Notes under the pieces: model-generated
Seen by the model: the letters and a program-made list of their open reading frames with translations, nothing else
Database searches by the model: none
Told to the model about the DNA's origin: nothing
Translations under genes and position numbers: made by a program
NCBI GenBank assembly: GCA_036741235.1
Contig: DAINSQ010000004.1
Span: 4,200 to 68,199, forward strand
Reading direction: 5' to 3'
DNA: 64,000 bases
Origin: Saprospiraceae bacterium
GTDB taxonomy: Bacteria > Bacteroidota > Bacteroidia > Chitinophagales > Saprospiraceae
Shown here: in pieces, positions 28,413-38,700 of the stretch
Layout of the letters: the number at the start of each line of letters is the position of its first letter
Numbering within the stretch: position 1 is the first letter of the stretch

Positions 28413-29186
28413 ATGGAATGGTACCACTACCTCCTTGCCATCGCCGGCAGCGCATTGGCGGGCGCTATCAATACCCTGGCCGGCAACGGCTCTGCAATAA
28501 CGCTCACTATACTTACTGAGCTGCTGGGGCTGCCCGGTAATGTGGCCAACGGCACCAACCGCATCGGTATCTTTACCCAAAGTGCGGCCAGCACGTATGT
28601 ATTTTATCGCAGCGGCAGGCTACAGTTATCTCAAAGCGGTAAAGGCATTGCACTCACTACACTAGGCGCCCTTGTCGGCATTTGGGCGGCCACGGTAGTG
28701 AGCAGCGATCAATTCAAAACTGTATTTCGCTTTTTATTGGTAGCCATGCTGGTTGTTATGCTGGTGAAACCTGAAAAATGGTTGCGCGAAACGGATACCA
28801 CCCGACACATATCGCCCTGGATCACCATACCTGTTTTCCTCGCGCTCGGTTTTTACGGCGGTTTTATTCAAATGGGAATGGGAATTTTCTTCCTGGCAGC
28901 TATGGTACTGGGCGCACGTTACAGCCTCACCGACAGCAACGCAGTGAAATCTGCCGTGGTGGGCTTGTATACCTTTCTGGCGATCCTGATCTTTGCCTGG
29001 AATGGGCAAGTAGATTGGGATCTCGGGGCCCTGATGGCCGTAGGTCAAACTGCCGGCGGTTATTTCACAGCCCGATTCGCAACGACCAGCCCAAAAGCGA
29101 ATGTTTGGGCACACCGCGTATTAATAGCCGTCGTAACCTTAGCTGTCGCTAAAATGTTTAATCTACATACCTTATTGCTTCGCTGA
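28413..29186 (+). CDS. TSUP (TauE/SafE) family anion-exporter-like membrane protein
   Basis: 257 aa, about 8 TM segments. The N-terminal GAINTLAGNGSAITL and NGTNRIG motifs are typical of the family. Lies 11 nt after paaC. Confidence 0.75.
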   Translation: MEWYHYLLAIAGSALAGAINTLAGNGSAITLTILTELLGLPGNVANGTNRIGIFTQSAASTYVFYRSGRLQLSQSGKGIALTTLGALVGIWAATVVSSDQFKTVFRFLLVAMLVVMLVKPEKWLRETDTTRHISPWITIPVFLALGFYGGFIQMGMGIFFLAAMVLGARYSLTDSNAVKSAVVGLYTFLAILIFAWNGQVDWDLGALMAVGQTAGGYFTARFATTSPKANVWAHRVLIAVVTLAVAKMFNLHTLLLR

Positions 29187-29791
29187 TGGTTAATTTTAAA
29201 GAACTCATTTCCGTTTCACTGATTCTGTTCTCTGTAATAGACATTGTGGGTTCGCTGCCCATACTGTTGGACCTCAAAAAGCGCGGCATCCAGATTGAGG
29301 CCGGCAAAGCTTCGCTGGCGGCTTTGGTATTAATGACTATTTTTCTATACGCAGGCGAAGCCCTCATTCGATTATTCGGTATTGATGTGCAGTCTTTTGC
29401 CGTGGCCGGGGCGATTGTATTGTTTCTTATCGGCATGGAAATGATTCTTGGCATTCGCATTTTTCGCGACAGCGAGGCAGCCAACTCGGGTTCTATTGTT
29501 CCGGTAGCCTTTCCGCTTATCGCAGGGGCAGGAGCCATGACCACCATTATTTCGCTGAAAGCAAAATACGAGGTTGTTAATATTCAGATTGGCATTGTAC
29601 TGAATATCGTTTTTGTATATCTGGTATTGCGTTCTTCCAACTGGCTTGGAGGGCTATTGGGGGTTGGCGGCGCCAGCGTATTGCGCAAAATTTTCGGCAT
29701 CATCCTGCTGGCCATTGCCATCAAACTATTCAAAGACAATTTTCACTTGATCGTTGCGCCGCCGGCAGCCGGAGCTACTTTGCCAAAATAA
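29186..29791 (+). CDS. MarC family (UPF0056) integral membrane protein
   Basis: 201 aa, 6 TM segments. The N-terminal FSVIDIVGSLPILL motif is present. The start ATG overlaps the TSUP stop codon (TGATG). Confidence 0.75.
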   Translation: MVNFKELISVSLILFSVIDIVGSLPILLDLKKRGIQIEAGKASLAALVLMTIFLYAGEALIRLFGIDVQSFAVAGAIVLFLIGMEMILGIRIFRDSEAANSGSIVPVAFPLIAGAGAMTTIISLKAKYEVVNIQIGIVLNIVFVYLVLRSSNWLGGLLGVGGASVLRKIFGIILLAIAIKLFKDNFHLIVAPPAAGATLPK

Positions 29792-30323
29792 CCGCCATAT
29801 CGGCTTCAAATGATACCTGGGTACTTTCCACAATGCGGCCAAGTTCCTTGCCGTCGCGTTGGAAAATAAAAGTAGGCACCAACTCGATATTAAAGGCCCG
29901 TTCTTCGTGATTTGGGCTTTGTTTATAGCGATCGGGGTGATTGTCGAGGCTGATTATTTGAATGTTGGTCTCTTTATAGCCCAGGAAATCGGCTATTTTG
30001 AAAAAGCGCGGCACTTCCCGCTGGCTGTCTTCGCACCATGTGCCCATAAAAACAAGCACTTTGACGCCTTTGAGCCGGCTTTTAACGGGCTCGAGCGCTT
30101 GTTCATTGACGCGGTAATTGCCGTATTCGGCATTAAACCACTTGGCATAGGTACCGCGTGTAAGACCTTCTCTGTTGATTTGCCCCAACAATATGGGTTC
30201 GTTTTCGTGCGACATCACTTCCTGGTTCATAGTGGACGCAGTTGACATACCTTGTTTTTTTGTGCCGGCACAGGCTGTCAGGCCGACGGCCAATATCGAT
30301 ACTGCGATAAAGTTGAAGTTCAT
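29775..30323 (-). CDS. thioredoxin-fold lipoprotein (TlpA-like, CxxS active site)
   Basis: Lipobox LTAC after the signal peptide. Motif FMGTWCEDSQREVP. The 3' end overlaps the MarC 3' end by 17 nt (convergent genes). Confidence 0.75.
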   Translation of the reverse strand: MNFNFIAVSILAVGLTACAGTKKQGMSTASTMNQEVMSHENEPILLGQINREGLTRGTYAKWFNAEYGNYRVNEQALEPVKSRLKGVKVLVFMGTWCEDSQREVPRFFKIADFLGYKETNIQIISLDNHPDRYKQSPNHEERAFNIELVPTFIFQRDGKELGRIVESTQVSFEADMAVILAK

Positions 30324-30355
30324 AACCGTTTATTTTTATTGTGGCAAAATTGGCG

Positions 30356-31663
30356 CTATTCTTCGTATTCAAAAAGTGTTGCGCCGGGAAAAGCCAGGAT
30401 GTAATCAAAACCGTAGAGGTCTTGTCCAACAGCATCAGTTGATAAATTCGGGTGTTTTTTTACGATTTTTTCCATCGTATCTTTTCCCTTGAATAACAAG
30501 GGTTGGTCTTTGTATTTTTTAAATTGGGTAAAAACAGCTTTAGTAATCTCCGTTGGATCATCGATCAACAAGTAGCGATTGGCGGCATAAGCATTTACGC
30601 AGCTTTTATAGCCGTTCACCAGACTTTCAAATTGGCCGGTGCCATTTTTGTATGCTTCATTCGAATAATAGGATGCGGGGATGTTAAACCCGAAGTTCAC
30701 CAACTTAACAGACAATACCTTGCCCTTTGTATAAGGTATTTCATGGGCCAGTTTCCAGCCTTCATATTCGGGGAAATTAGCGCCTTCGGGTTTGTATATA
30801 CGGGTATGGGATGCGCCCGCCCAGATAATACTTTTACCGTTTTTGATGATATTGCCAAAAAAGGCGTCGTCGGTGAGATTGCTTACAATTCGCGCCACCC
30901 TGAGCTCCATAAATAGCGGAAATCCCGCATCTTCTCCTTGTTCCTCTATTTTCATGAACGCATTGTAAGAGGTTTTGAAGTTTTCAAATACATTTCGAAC
31001 ATAGTTTTTATCAATAAAGGGGCGATCTGTAATCAGGACGTCGGCCGGCGCTGTTTGAATGACAGAATCCATAAACGACAGGATTTCGGGCGTAATCCGC
31101 CCCGCAGCCTTTATACGGGGAACCAACTCCTTGTCGCCGACCTGATTGAAGAAGGGTATGAATATTTGTCGAAGCGAATAGCTGAAATCCTGTTCAATAT
31201 CAGAGCAAGCTACCGTAAGTTTTTGCTCAGGGTGTTGACTATTCCAATCGCGCAATCGGTTTAAAAAGCGCATATTTTCTTTAGTATCAAAAAAAGCGCG
31301 CAAGTAAGGCATGAGTTTTTCACCATCCGAAGTATCGCTGTTGATATAAGCATTGATATAGGACGTAGCTGAATAAGGTAGTTCCAGTACAAGCGTGTGG
31401 AAGCCGTATTTAGTGAGGTAAAATACCAGATCTTCGGTATACGATTGCAGGGTATTCATCCAGTGGCTTTCACCAATGAGCACCACTTTTTTGTCTTTTA
31501 CAGCCGCATTAATCCATCGGTAATCATTGGCGGCAACTGCCTTCGCGCCAACCGATATTCTCGCCTTTGGCGTCAGGTTATGATCGAAAAAATCACAATC
31601 GCCAGCTTCCTGACTGTTAGCAAAAAAGGGAGCGAGCAATAAGAAAAGTGTGATCCTGAGCAT
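30356..31663 (-). CDS. secreted hypothetical protein, possibly erythromycin-esterase/ChaN/Tiki-superfamily-like
   Basis: Signal peptide MLRITLFLLLAPFFANSQ. The motifs VVLIGESHW and IIWAGASHT resemble the two His-containing motifs of Ere/ChaN-like proteins, which is weak evidence. The gene is AT-rich. Confidence 0.6.
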   Translation of the reverse strand: MLRITLFLLLAPFFANSQEAGDCDFFDHNLTPKARISVGAKAVAANDYRWINAAVKDKKVVLIGESHWMNTLQSYTEDLVFYLTKYGFHTLVLELPYSATSYINAYINSDTSDGEKLMPYLRAFFDTKENMRFLNRLRDWNSQHPEQKLTVACSDIEQDFSYSLRQIFIPFFNQVGDKELVPRIKAAGRITPEILSFMDSVIQTAPADVLITDRPFIDKNYVRNVFENFKTSYNAFMKIEEQGEDAGFPLFMELRVARIVSNLTDDAFFGNIIKNGKSIIWAGASHTRIYKPEGANFPEYEGWKLAHEIPYTKGKVLSVKLVNFGFNIPASYYSNEAYKNGTGQFESLVNGYKSCVNAYAANRYLLIDDPTEITKAVFTQFKKYKDQPLLFKGKDTMEKIVKKHPNLSTDAVGQDLYGFDYILAFPGATLFEYEE

Positions 31664-31701
31664 ATTATTTCTGAATAATAAAGTGATGTAATTCCTGTAG
31701 G

Positions 31702-32826
31702 CTAACTCAAATCCTTCCTGTACACTCTAAACCGCTTGTGCAACTGGGCGCCCATCTTTTCGTATTCGGCCAGCATTCGCGTATTCGTTTCGAGTACAAG
31801 GTGGGTTTCCAGGGTTTCAATGCCGGCCTGCCTGGCGCTTTCTATCATTTTCCAACCCATCAGAATATCGATACCGCGCCCCCGGTATTGTTCATCAATA
31901 GCGCCCAACATCAGGTCGAGTTGTTTGGTTGTTTTGGCTGCGCGCCAAATGTGAAATAGCCCTAGAGGAAATAACCTGCCTCTGGCCCTCTGAATGCCTT
32001 TGGTCATATTCGGCAATCCAACGATAAAAGCAATGAGCTTGTTATTTTCGTCGAGCACTACTTTCACAAAGCGGGGGTCAAGCAACATCAGGTAGCGGTC
32101 TACCATCTCTTTTATCTCTTGATCGTCAAGAGGTTGAAAACCGTAAATGTCTTTGTAAGTATCATTAATGAGATAAAAGACAGGCCCGATATAAGGCTTG
32201 AGCTCGCTGGTTTTCTGAAATTCTATCAATTTAAAATTAGTATTTCGCTTTACACGCTCGTAAATGCGAGGGTAAAAGTCGGGGACGCCCTTTCGCAAAT
32301 CAATAATAAAATCGAGGCAGTCAATTTTTTTTTCATAACCTTCAGCTTCTATCAATGCCGGCAAATAGGGCAAATTGCAGGGGGTGACAAGAATGGGCAA
32401 TTTATCAAATCCATCTATCAGCAGCCCCTCGGGATCTTTATCAGAAAAACCAAAAGGGCCTACGATTTCAGTCATGCCTTTTCTCCTGCCCCATTCCTCT
32501 ACCGTATTCAGCAACGCGCGGGCTACCTCAGGATCGTCGTAGCACTCGAAATGTTCAAATCTTACGGTTTTTTCGCCTTTGCGCTCGTTATAGGGGTGGT
32601 TGATGATACCCATGATACGGCCTACCGGCTTATCGGCTTTGTATGCCAGCCATAGACAGGTATCGCAAAAGGAAAAAGCTTTGTTTTTTTCGGGATTGTA
32701 ATAGGTCCACTCATCCATATATATCGGCGGCAACCAATTACTGTGTTTTCGGTGAATCTGCTCGGGCAGATAAATATAAGCGCGCAAATCGCTGCGACTA
32801 CCCACTGCTTTGATTGTTACCGTCAT
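31702..32826 (-). CDS. GNAT-superfamily acyl-CoA N-acyltransferase (long, ~370-aa form)
   Basis: 374 aa. Motif-A-like QYRGRGIDILM near the C-terminus. Its start overlaps the stop of the upstream PAP2 gene (ATGA). Confidence 0.6.
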   Translation of the reverse strand: MTVTIKAVGSRSDLRAYIYLPEQIHRKHSNWLPPIYMDEWTYYNPEKNKAFSFCDTCLWLAYKADKPVGRIMGIINHPYNERKGEKTVRFEHFECYDDPEVARALLNTVEEWGRRKGMTEIVGPFGFSDKDPEGLLIDGFDKLPILVTPCNLPYLPALIEAEGYEKKIDCLDFIIDLRKGVPDFYPRIYERVKRNTNFKLIEFQKTSELKPYIGPVFYLINDTYKDIYGFQPLDDQEIKEMVDRYLMLLDPRFVKVVLDENNKLIAFIVGLPNMTKGIQRARGRLFPLGLFHIWRAAKTTKQLDLMLGAIDEQYRGRGIDILMGWKMIESARQAGIETLETHLVLETNTRMLAEYEKMGAQLHKRFRVYRKDLS

Positions 32827-33467
32827 GGCTTTTCATTTTGCCCGGCGGCCAAAGGGATCAGCTTTGCCGTCGCATTTGCGCAAAGGTACGCGATAGGAAC
32901 TGCGGCAACAATATCCACTGTGTAATGAATATGTTGCAACAACAAGGTTATGACCATCAATACAACTACCCCTCCCGCTATCCGTTTTTCGGTCTTTCCC
33001 GGCAAACATTTGTATATCAAAAATGCGGTAGCCGTATGTCCCGAAAAAAAGAGGTCTTTCGTAACCGCAATACCGCCATAAAACACCGGTACAAAAGGAT
33101 CGACCAGAGGTACTAAATCAACCGGCGGATCAAGCGGCGTTATCCACAAGGTGAAAACACGCACAATCAACAGCAGGGTATAACCAGTGAGAAAATGGAT
33201 CAATACCGCCGGAGTAAGCAGACATCTGGCTATAGTATAAATAACCGGCACATAGATCAGAACAAATATCGGCCCTGACAAATCCATAGCGGGCAGTGCA
33301 TTTAACACTGGGTCAAACAGCAGAGCGCCAGGCCGGGCCTGCAAATAAGCGAAAAATGCAGGTATTTGCGCCGCGCAATACAACAACAGCGCCAGCGTAC
33401 CCACGCTCACGACGATGAAGCCGCGCCGCTTTAATGCAACGCGCCACCGTGCTTTTACTTCCTCCAA
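32823..33467 (-). CDS. PAP2_C / sphingomyelin-synthase-like phosphotransferase membrane protein
   Basis: 214 aa, about 6 TM segments. Lipid-phosphate-phosphatase C2/C3 motifs FFSGHTATAF and HYTVDIVAA. Confidence 0.65.
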   Translation of the reverse strand: MEEVKARWRVALKRRGFIVVSVGTLALLLYCAAQIPAFFAYLQARPGALLFDPVLNALPAMDLSGPIFVLIYVPVIYTIARCLLTPAVLIHFLTGYTLLLIVRVFTLWITPLDPPVDLVPLVDPFVPVFYGGIAVTKDLFFSGHTATAFLIYKCLPGKTEKRIAGGVVVLMVITLLLQHIHYTVDIVAAVPIAYLCANATAKLIPLAAGQNEKP

Positions 33468-33468
33468 T

Positions 33469-35679
33469 TTACTCTCCCTTCAAGTGTGTTTCCAGATAAT
33501 CGAAATACGTTTTCTGCAAAAGCGTATAACTCTGAAAATCATAGGCAACACTGTGATCTCCCGGAGGATAAATCCGAAGGTCTACGTCTTTGCCGGCGTC
33601 GAGCAGGGCGCGAAGCAATTGGAAGGTATTGGCAACATGCACGTTGTCATCCATCAAAGAATGAACAAGCAGCATTTTGCCTTTCAGGTTTTTTGCATAA
33701 GTGATAGGCGCCGAGTTTTTGTATTTTTCATCGTTTTCGGGCAATAACCCCATGTAGCGTTCGGCATAGATATTGTCGTAGAGCCGCTGGTCTGTCACCG
33801 GCGCCGCTACAATACCCACTCGAAATACATCGGGGTGGGTGAGCATGGTATAACTGGAGGTATACCCCCCATAACTATGGCCCTGGATCGCCATTCGAGA
33901 GCCGTCAATCCAGGAGAATTTATTGACGAGATATTTGGCTGTTTCTGCAAAATCGAGGCTTTCATACACGCCCAGTTTCTCATACACCACCTCCATGAAT
34001 TTTTGCCCATACCCGCCACTGCCGCGGTTATTGACGCTCGCCACAACATAGCCCTGTTGCGACAAGTATTGCTCCCATGCGCTGGCGCCAAATTCATTGT
34101 ATACCGATTGCGCCCCCGGGCCGCCGTATATAGACATCACCAACGGATATTTTTTCTGCTCGTCAAAATCGAGTGGCTTTACGAGATAGATATCAATGGC
34201 CTGGCCGTCGCTGGTGGCAATCTGCATCAATTCACGGGGCACATAGGCGTTGGTTTGAAGGAATTTAGCCGTATTTTCATTGGCTTCCAATACCTTTATC
34301 AATCTGCCGTCGGTGGCCCGCAGTTCTACCTGTTTGTGGCGATTAACGCTTGAGTGGTTGTCGATGTAGTATATGCCGTTGGGCGACATATTGATGCGGT
34401 GGCGGCCTTCTGCCTCGGTGAGGCGTCGCTTGCCGCTGCCGTCAACGCCAATTGCGTACAATTGCCGCTCCAGCGGCGAAGCTTCCGTTGAGGTATAATA
34501 AATGATACCATTTTGCGTGTCTACGTTTTCCACACGAACTACATCCCAATTACCTTTAGTGACCTGATTGATTAATTTGCCGTCATAGTTGTAACGGTAG
34601 AGGTGGTTGTAGCCATCGCGGCCCGAAATCCAGTAAAATTCTTCGCCTGCCTTTGGGAAATAACAATAGTGAAGAATGCCTGCAAAGAAATCAAATACAT
34701 CGATCCAGCCGTCTTCGTCTTTTTCTTCCATAATCTTGCGGGCGGCGCCGGTAGCGGCGTCAGCCATATACAGACTCATGTGGTTTTGCTTGCGGTTGAG
34801 GTGCATTACCGCGAGCTGACCTGGCTTAGAGGTCCAATAGATACGGGGAATATAGCCTCCTGCCAGATCTACATTCACCCACTTCGTCTTACGCGTTTTC
34901 ATGTCGATTATGCCGATGCGAACAGGCGGCGCGGGGTCGCCTACACGGGGATACGGTATCTTGGAATATTCGGCATGCGAGCCGGTGAAATCGGTCATCT
35001 GGTAAATCGGAATCTGGCGCTCGTCAGTCTGCCAAAACGCAATATACCGGCTGTCGGGCGACCAATCCCAAGCCTGCACCAGGCCGAATTCTTCTTCATA
35101 TACCCAGCCGTAACGGCCATTGTAGAAGTTGGTTTGCGCGTCTTTGGTGAGCTGCTGTTCTTTCTTTTTAGCGAGATCGTAAACATAGAGGTTGCCGCCG
35201 CGCTCGTATGCAGCCAGTTGGCCGTTGGGCGAAAGTTGCGCCGTACGGGCATCTTTGGCGACCAATTGCAGCTGCTTATCGGCCAGATTGTAGAGATAAT
35301 AATCAGCCTCTCCCGAGTTGCGCCAAACAGGCCGGAAATTGGTGCGAAACATCAGGTATTTGAAATCTGCCGACCAGTTGAACTGATTGTAATTGAAGGC
35401 CTTGTCTGACCCGGGAAACTTCAATCCCTCGGCGGAAAAAGCCGTCTCTTCCTGTCCGGTGGCAGGGTCATAGGTCTTGATGACGCCCGACGTGCCCGAT
35501 GGAATAAACGAAAACCTGGCGCCGCCGTCAATCCAGTTTACACTGGCAGGGCCGTTGCGCCCCGACAACACACCGCCGCGCTGCAAGGCTTCGGTCAGGC
35601 TCTGAAATCGCTGTTGCTGCTGGGCTAGCAAAAAAAATGGAAAACACAAAATGATGGTTAGGGATAGCAAAAGTCGCAT
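33469..35679 (-). CDS. dipeptidyl-peptidase IV (S9B prolyl oligopeptidase family)
   Basis: Nucleophile elbow QGHSYGGY, DDNVH and GDHS motifs, N-terminal beta-propeller region. Signal peptide from the Met at 35679 (MRLLLSLTIILCFPFFLLAQ). Confidence 0.9.
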   Translation of the reverse strand: MRLLLSLTIILCFPFFLLAQQQQRFQSLTEALQRGGVLSGRNGPASVNWIDGGARFSFIPSGTSGVIKTYDPATGQEETAFSAEGLKFPGSDKAFNYNQFNWSADFKYLMFRTNFRPVWRNSGEADYYLYNLADKQLQLVAKDARTAQLSPNGQLAAYERGGNLYVYDLAKKKEQQLTKDAQTNFYNGRYGWVYEEEFGLVQAWDWSPDSRYIAFWQTDERQIPIYQMTDFTGSHAEYSKIPYPRVGDPAPPVRIGIIDMKTRKTKWVNVDLAGGYIPRIYWTSKPGQLAVMHLNRKQNHMSLYMADAATGAARKIMEEKDEDGWIDVFDFFAGILHYCYFPKAGEEFYWISGRDGYNHLYRYNYDGKLINQVTKGNWDVVRVENVDTQNGIIYYTSTEASPLERQLYAIGVDGSGKRRLTEAEGRHRINMSPNGIYYIDNHSSVNRHKQVELRATDGRLIKVLEANENTAKFLQTNAYVPRELMQIATSDGQAIDIYLVKPLDFDEQKKYPLVMSIYGGPGAQSVYNEFGASAWEQYLSQQGYVVASVNNRGSGGYGQKFMEVVYEKLGVYESLDFAETAKYLVNKFSWIDGSRMAIQGHSYGGYTSSYTMLTHPDVFRVGIVAAPVTDQRLYDNIYAERYMGLLPENDEKYKNSAPITYAKNLKGKMLLVHSLMDDNVHVANTFQLLRALLDAGKDVDLRIYPPGDHSVAYDFQSYTLLQKTYFDYLETHLKGE

Positions 35680-35798
35680 TGATAAGGGTTTTGTTGCAAA
35701 AATCATAACTGCTAAAGTACGGGATGAATCCCGGCTTTCGCTGTATTTTAACAATTGTTAACACCGCGACTGTTGCTATCTCTAACCTTGTCTTTTCT

Positions 35799-38700
35799 TT
35801 ATCTCACAATTCCCACATCTCCTTTATCTTCAAAGCTTACCAACTGACCACAGCGGAAGACTATAGCCTTTAAGTGCCATACATAGACGCCGGGATTCAT
35901 GGCCTTGCCCCGGTAATCGCCATCCCAACCGGCAGTATAGTCATCTGAACTATACAACATATTACCCCAACGGTCGAAAACATTGAGCTGGAATTCTTCT
36001 ACCTGTACGCCCTCGCCTGTAAATACCTGAAAAAGGTCGTTGATGCCGTCGCTGTTAGGAGAGAAGGCATTGGGAATATAAAAAATGCCGAGTTTACCCC
36101 TCACTTCCGGCACTACTGATACCGACTGGCCGACGGCCTCGCAGTCATTGCTCACTTGCAGGTTGTATACCCCTGCGGCAGTAACTATCCGTGTTGCTGT
36201 AGTGTCGCCATTATCCCAAAGATAACTGATTTGACCTACCAGCCCCGATAGTATGTTGACGCCTATTTCGACCTGCAACTCATTGCATGGCAAGATAAAT
36301 TCCTCGGTACTCAGGCGCAGCGATTCAAGGGTAGGTACGGCAACAGTATTTTCGCTTTCGCAACCGTTGGCATCTCTGACGACAACGAGATAGTCGCCTG
36401 CCTCGACCGCTGAAAAATCAGCTTCCTGCTGAAAGGTATTACCATCTATGGAATATTCAAACGGCCCATTGCCGTTAACATTGGCTACCCTAATGGCGCC
36501 AGTGCCGCTATTGGGACAACTTGCCGTGCTGCTCGCACTGAAGTCCGGCGCAGGCAATGCCGATACGCTCACTATTATTACAGAATCGCACCCCTGCTGG
36601 TCAGACAGTGTAATGGTTTGAGTTTCTCCAGCATTGATGGTTATTCCGTTAAAATCAATCGAGGCGCCCTCGCAAGCCTGAAAAGCTAATTGTGTGGTAT
36701 CTACTACCAAAGCGCTCACGCTAACACGGACAATAGAATCGCATCCCGCCTGTCCCTGTCCGGCAAGCACAAATTCAGCAGTATCGCCGGCTTGCAAGGT
36801 AGTGCCCTGGTAAGTGATGGTTTCTCCGGGACAAGTTAAGAGCTGCAAATCCGAGGTGTCGGGGAATAGCTCAACCACCGTCACCGTCACAATCGAATCG
36901 CAACCGACACTGTTGGTAAGCGTCACGCTGGTCTGGCTTCCTGGTAACAGGGTTTGCCCATTGTAAGTTACCGTAGTGCCCGTACAGGCTTCCAATTGCT
37001 CAATTCCGGTACTGGTAGGCAACGCGGAGACCGTGACGGTTACCACTGAGTCGCAACCGACGCTATTGGCGAAAGTGAAGTCGACCTGATCGCCAACATT
37101 TAAAGTAATTCCATTGTATACTAAAGGCTCACCGGGACAACTCTGTAAGGAAACACTGCCTGTACTGGTGGGCAACGCCGACACCGTTACAGTGACTATC
37201 GAATCGCAGCCCAGACTGTTGGCAAGTGTGAATGCAACCTGGTCGCCTACCCCGAGTGCTGTACCATTGTAATCAATGGTCGTGCCTGGACAAGTTTGCA
37301 GGGCCAAACTGGTAGCATCAGTAGGCAAGGCTGTCACAGATACAGTAACCACCGAATCGCAACCCAGGCTGTTGGTAAACGTAAAAGGTATTTGATCGCC
37401 CACAGTCAATGCAGTGCCATTATAGTCTATCGTGGTACCAGGACAGGTCTGCAGGGTTAAACTGGATGCGTCTGTTGGCAAGGCCAATACGCTTACCGAT
37501 ATGATGGAATCACAACCGTATTGATTGGTGTAAATAAAATCCTGCTGATCGCCTACAGCAAGGCTGATGCCCTCGTATGTAACCTGATCGCCGGGGCAAG
37601 CGCTCAAATCAACGACCATAGTTTGCGAAGGAAGCATAGTAATTGCCACATTTTCGAGCGAATCGCAGCCCGACAGCGCTTGGTGTTGTATGCTGAAGGT
37701 AGTATCCATTGCGTAGGTTTGCCCCTGGTATACAACAGATTCACCCTCACAGAAACTCAAAACAGTATTGCTGCTGATCAGCGGGCACAGCTTGAGTAAC
37801 CAATCGACGGCAATACCTCCGGGACAGCCTGACAACGTTGAATCAACCTGAACGTATATTGGCTGATAGTTGGAAGGCAGTGACAAAGTATCTAATACCA
37901 TCGTATAATCGTTGGCAGTGGCGTTAACCCAGATATAGCTGCCGTTGTCTGCCAGGAGCAAAGTATCGACTTGCAGGGCAGGATCGGAAATAAAGATCCC
38001 TCCGCCGTTAAACAACGTATCGCTGAGGTCGATGATGCCGTTGTCATTGACATCCACATAAATCGACCCGCTGATCGTACCGTAACCGGGAAAAAGATCG
38101 AGGTTGAGGTCGGCAGAAGTCAATTGACAGCCCAACGCGTCGGTCACTTCAAGGGTATAATTGCCGCTTTGCATAGGCGCCAGGTTGAGCATAGTGCCTT
38201 CCGGGGCGGCAATAGCATTACCGTTGAGGTACCACTGATAACTCACAGCGCCCAAAATTGGCGGCACACAAATGGTATCGGGCAGACACCGGGTATGGCA
38301 CCCTGAAGGAACTTGCTTAACATTGGGGCCTTTCTGGACGTTTACCGTATTACTCTGCGCCTGGCAGCCAAAACTATTGACCGCCACGGCGTAATAATTG
38401 CCGGCCAGGGTATTGATAATACTTGGCCCCGTTTGACCTGTACTCCAAAAGTAATTCACCCCGCTTTCCGGCGTGTCTACTGAAAAAGTGATGGGCGTGC
38501 TTTCGCACAATAATCCGGTAGGTTGGGTGCTAATCTGTAAGTCCACGGGGTTGGGATTTACATTCACCACAAAAGGACCTACAACGGCGCTACACCCATT
38601 AATCTGATTAACAACAGTAAGAGATATATCGTGTTGCCCTTCCGACAGCAAATTGCCCCTGTCTTCTGAAAATTCAGCTACCTGGCCGCTCTGTCCCGTT

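Noticed and set aside
28413-29186. The gene directly after paaC, considered as paaD or paaE.
   Set aside because: The protein is a polytopic membrane protein with TSUP/TauE-like motifs. It has no Fe-S or FAD/NAD-binding motifs (PaaE) and no DUF59-like PaaD sequence.
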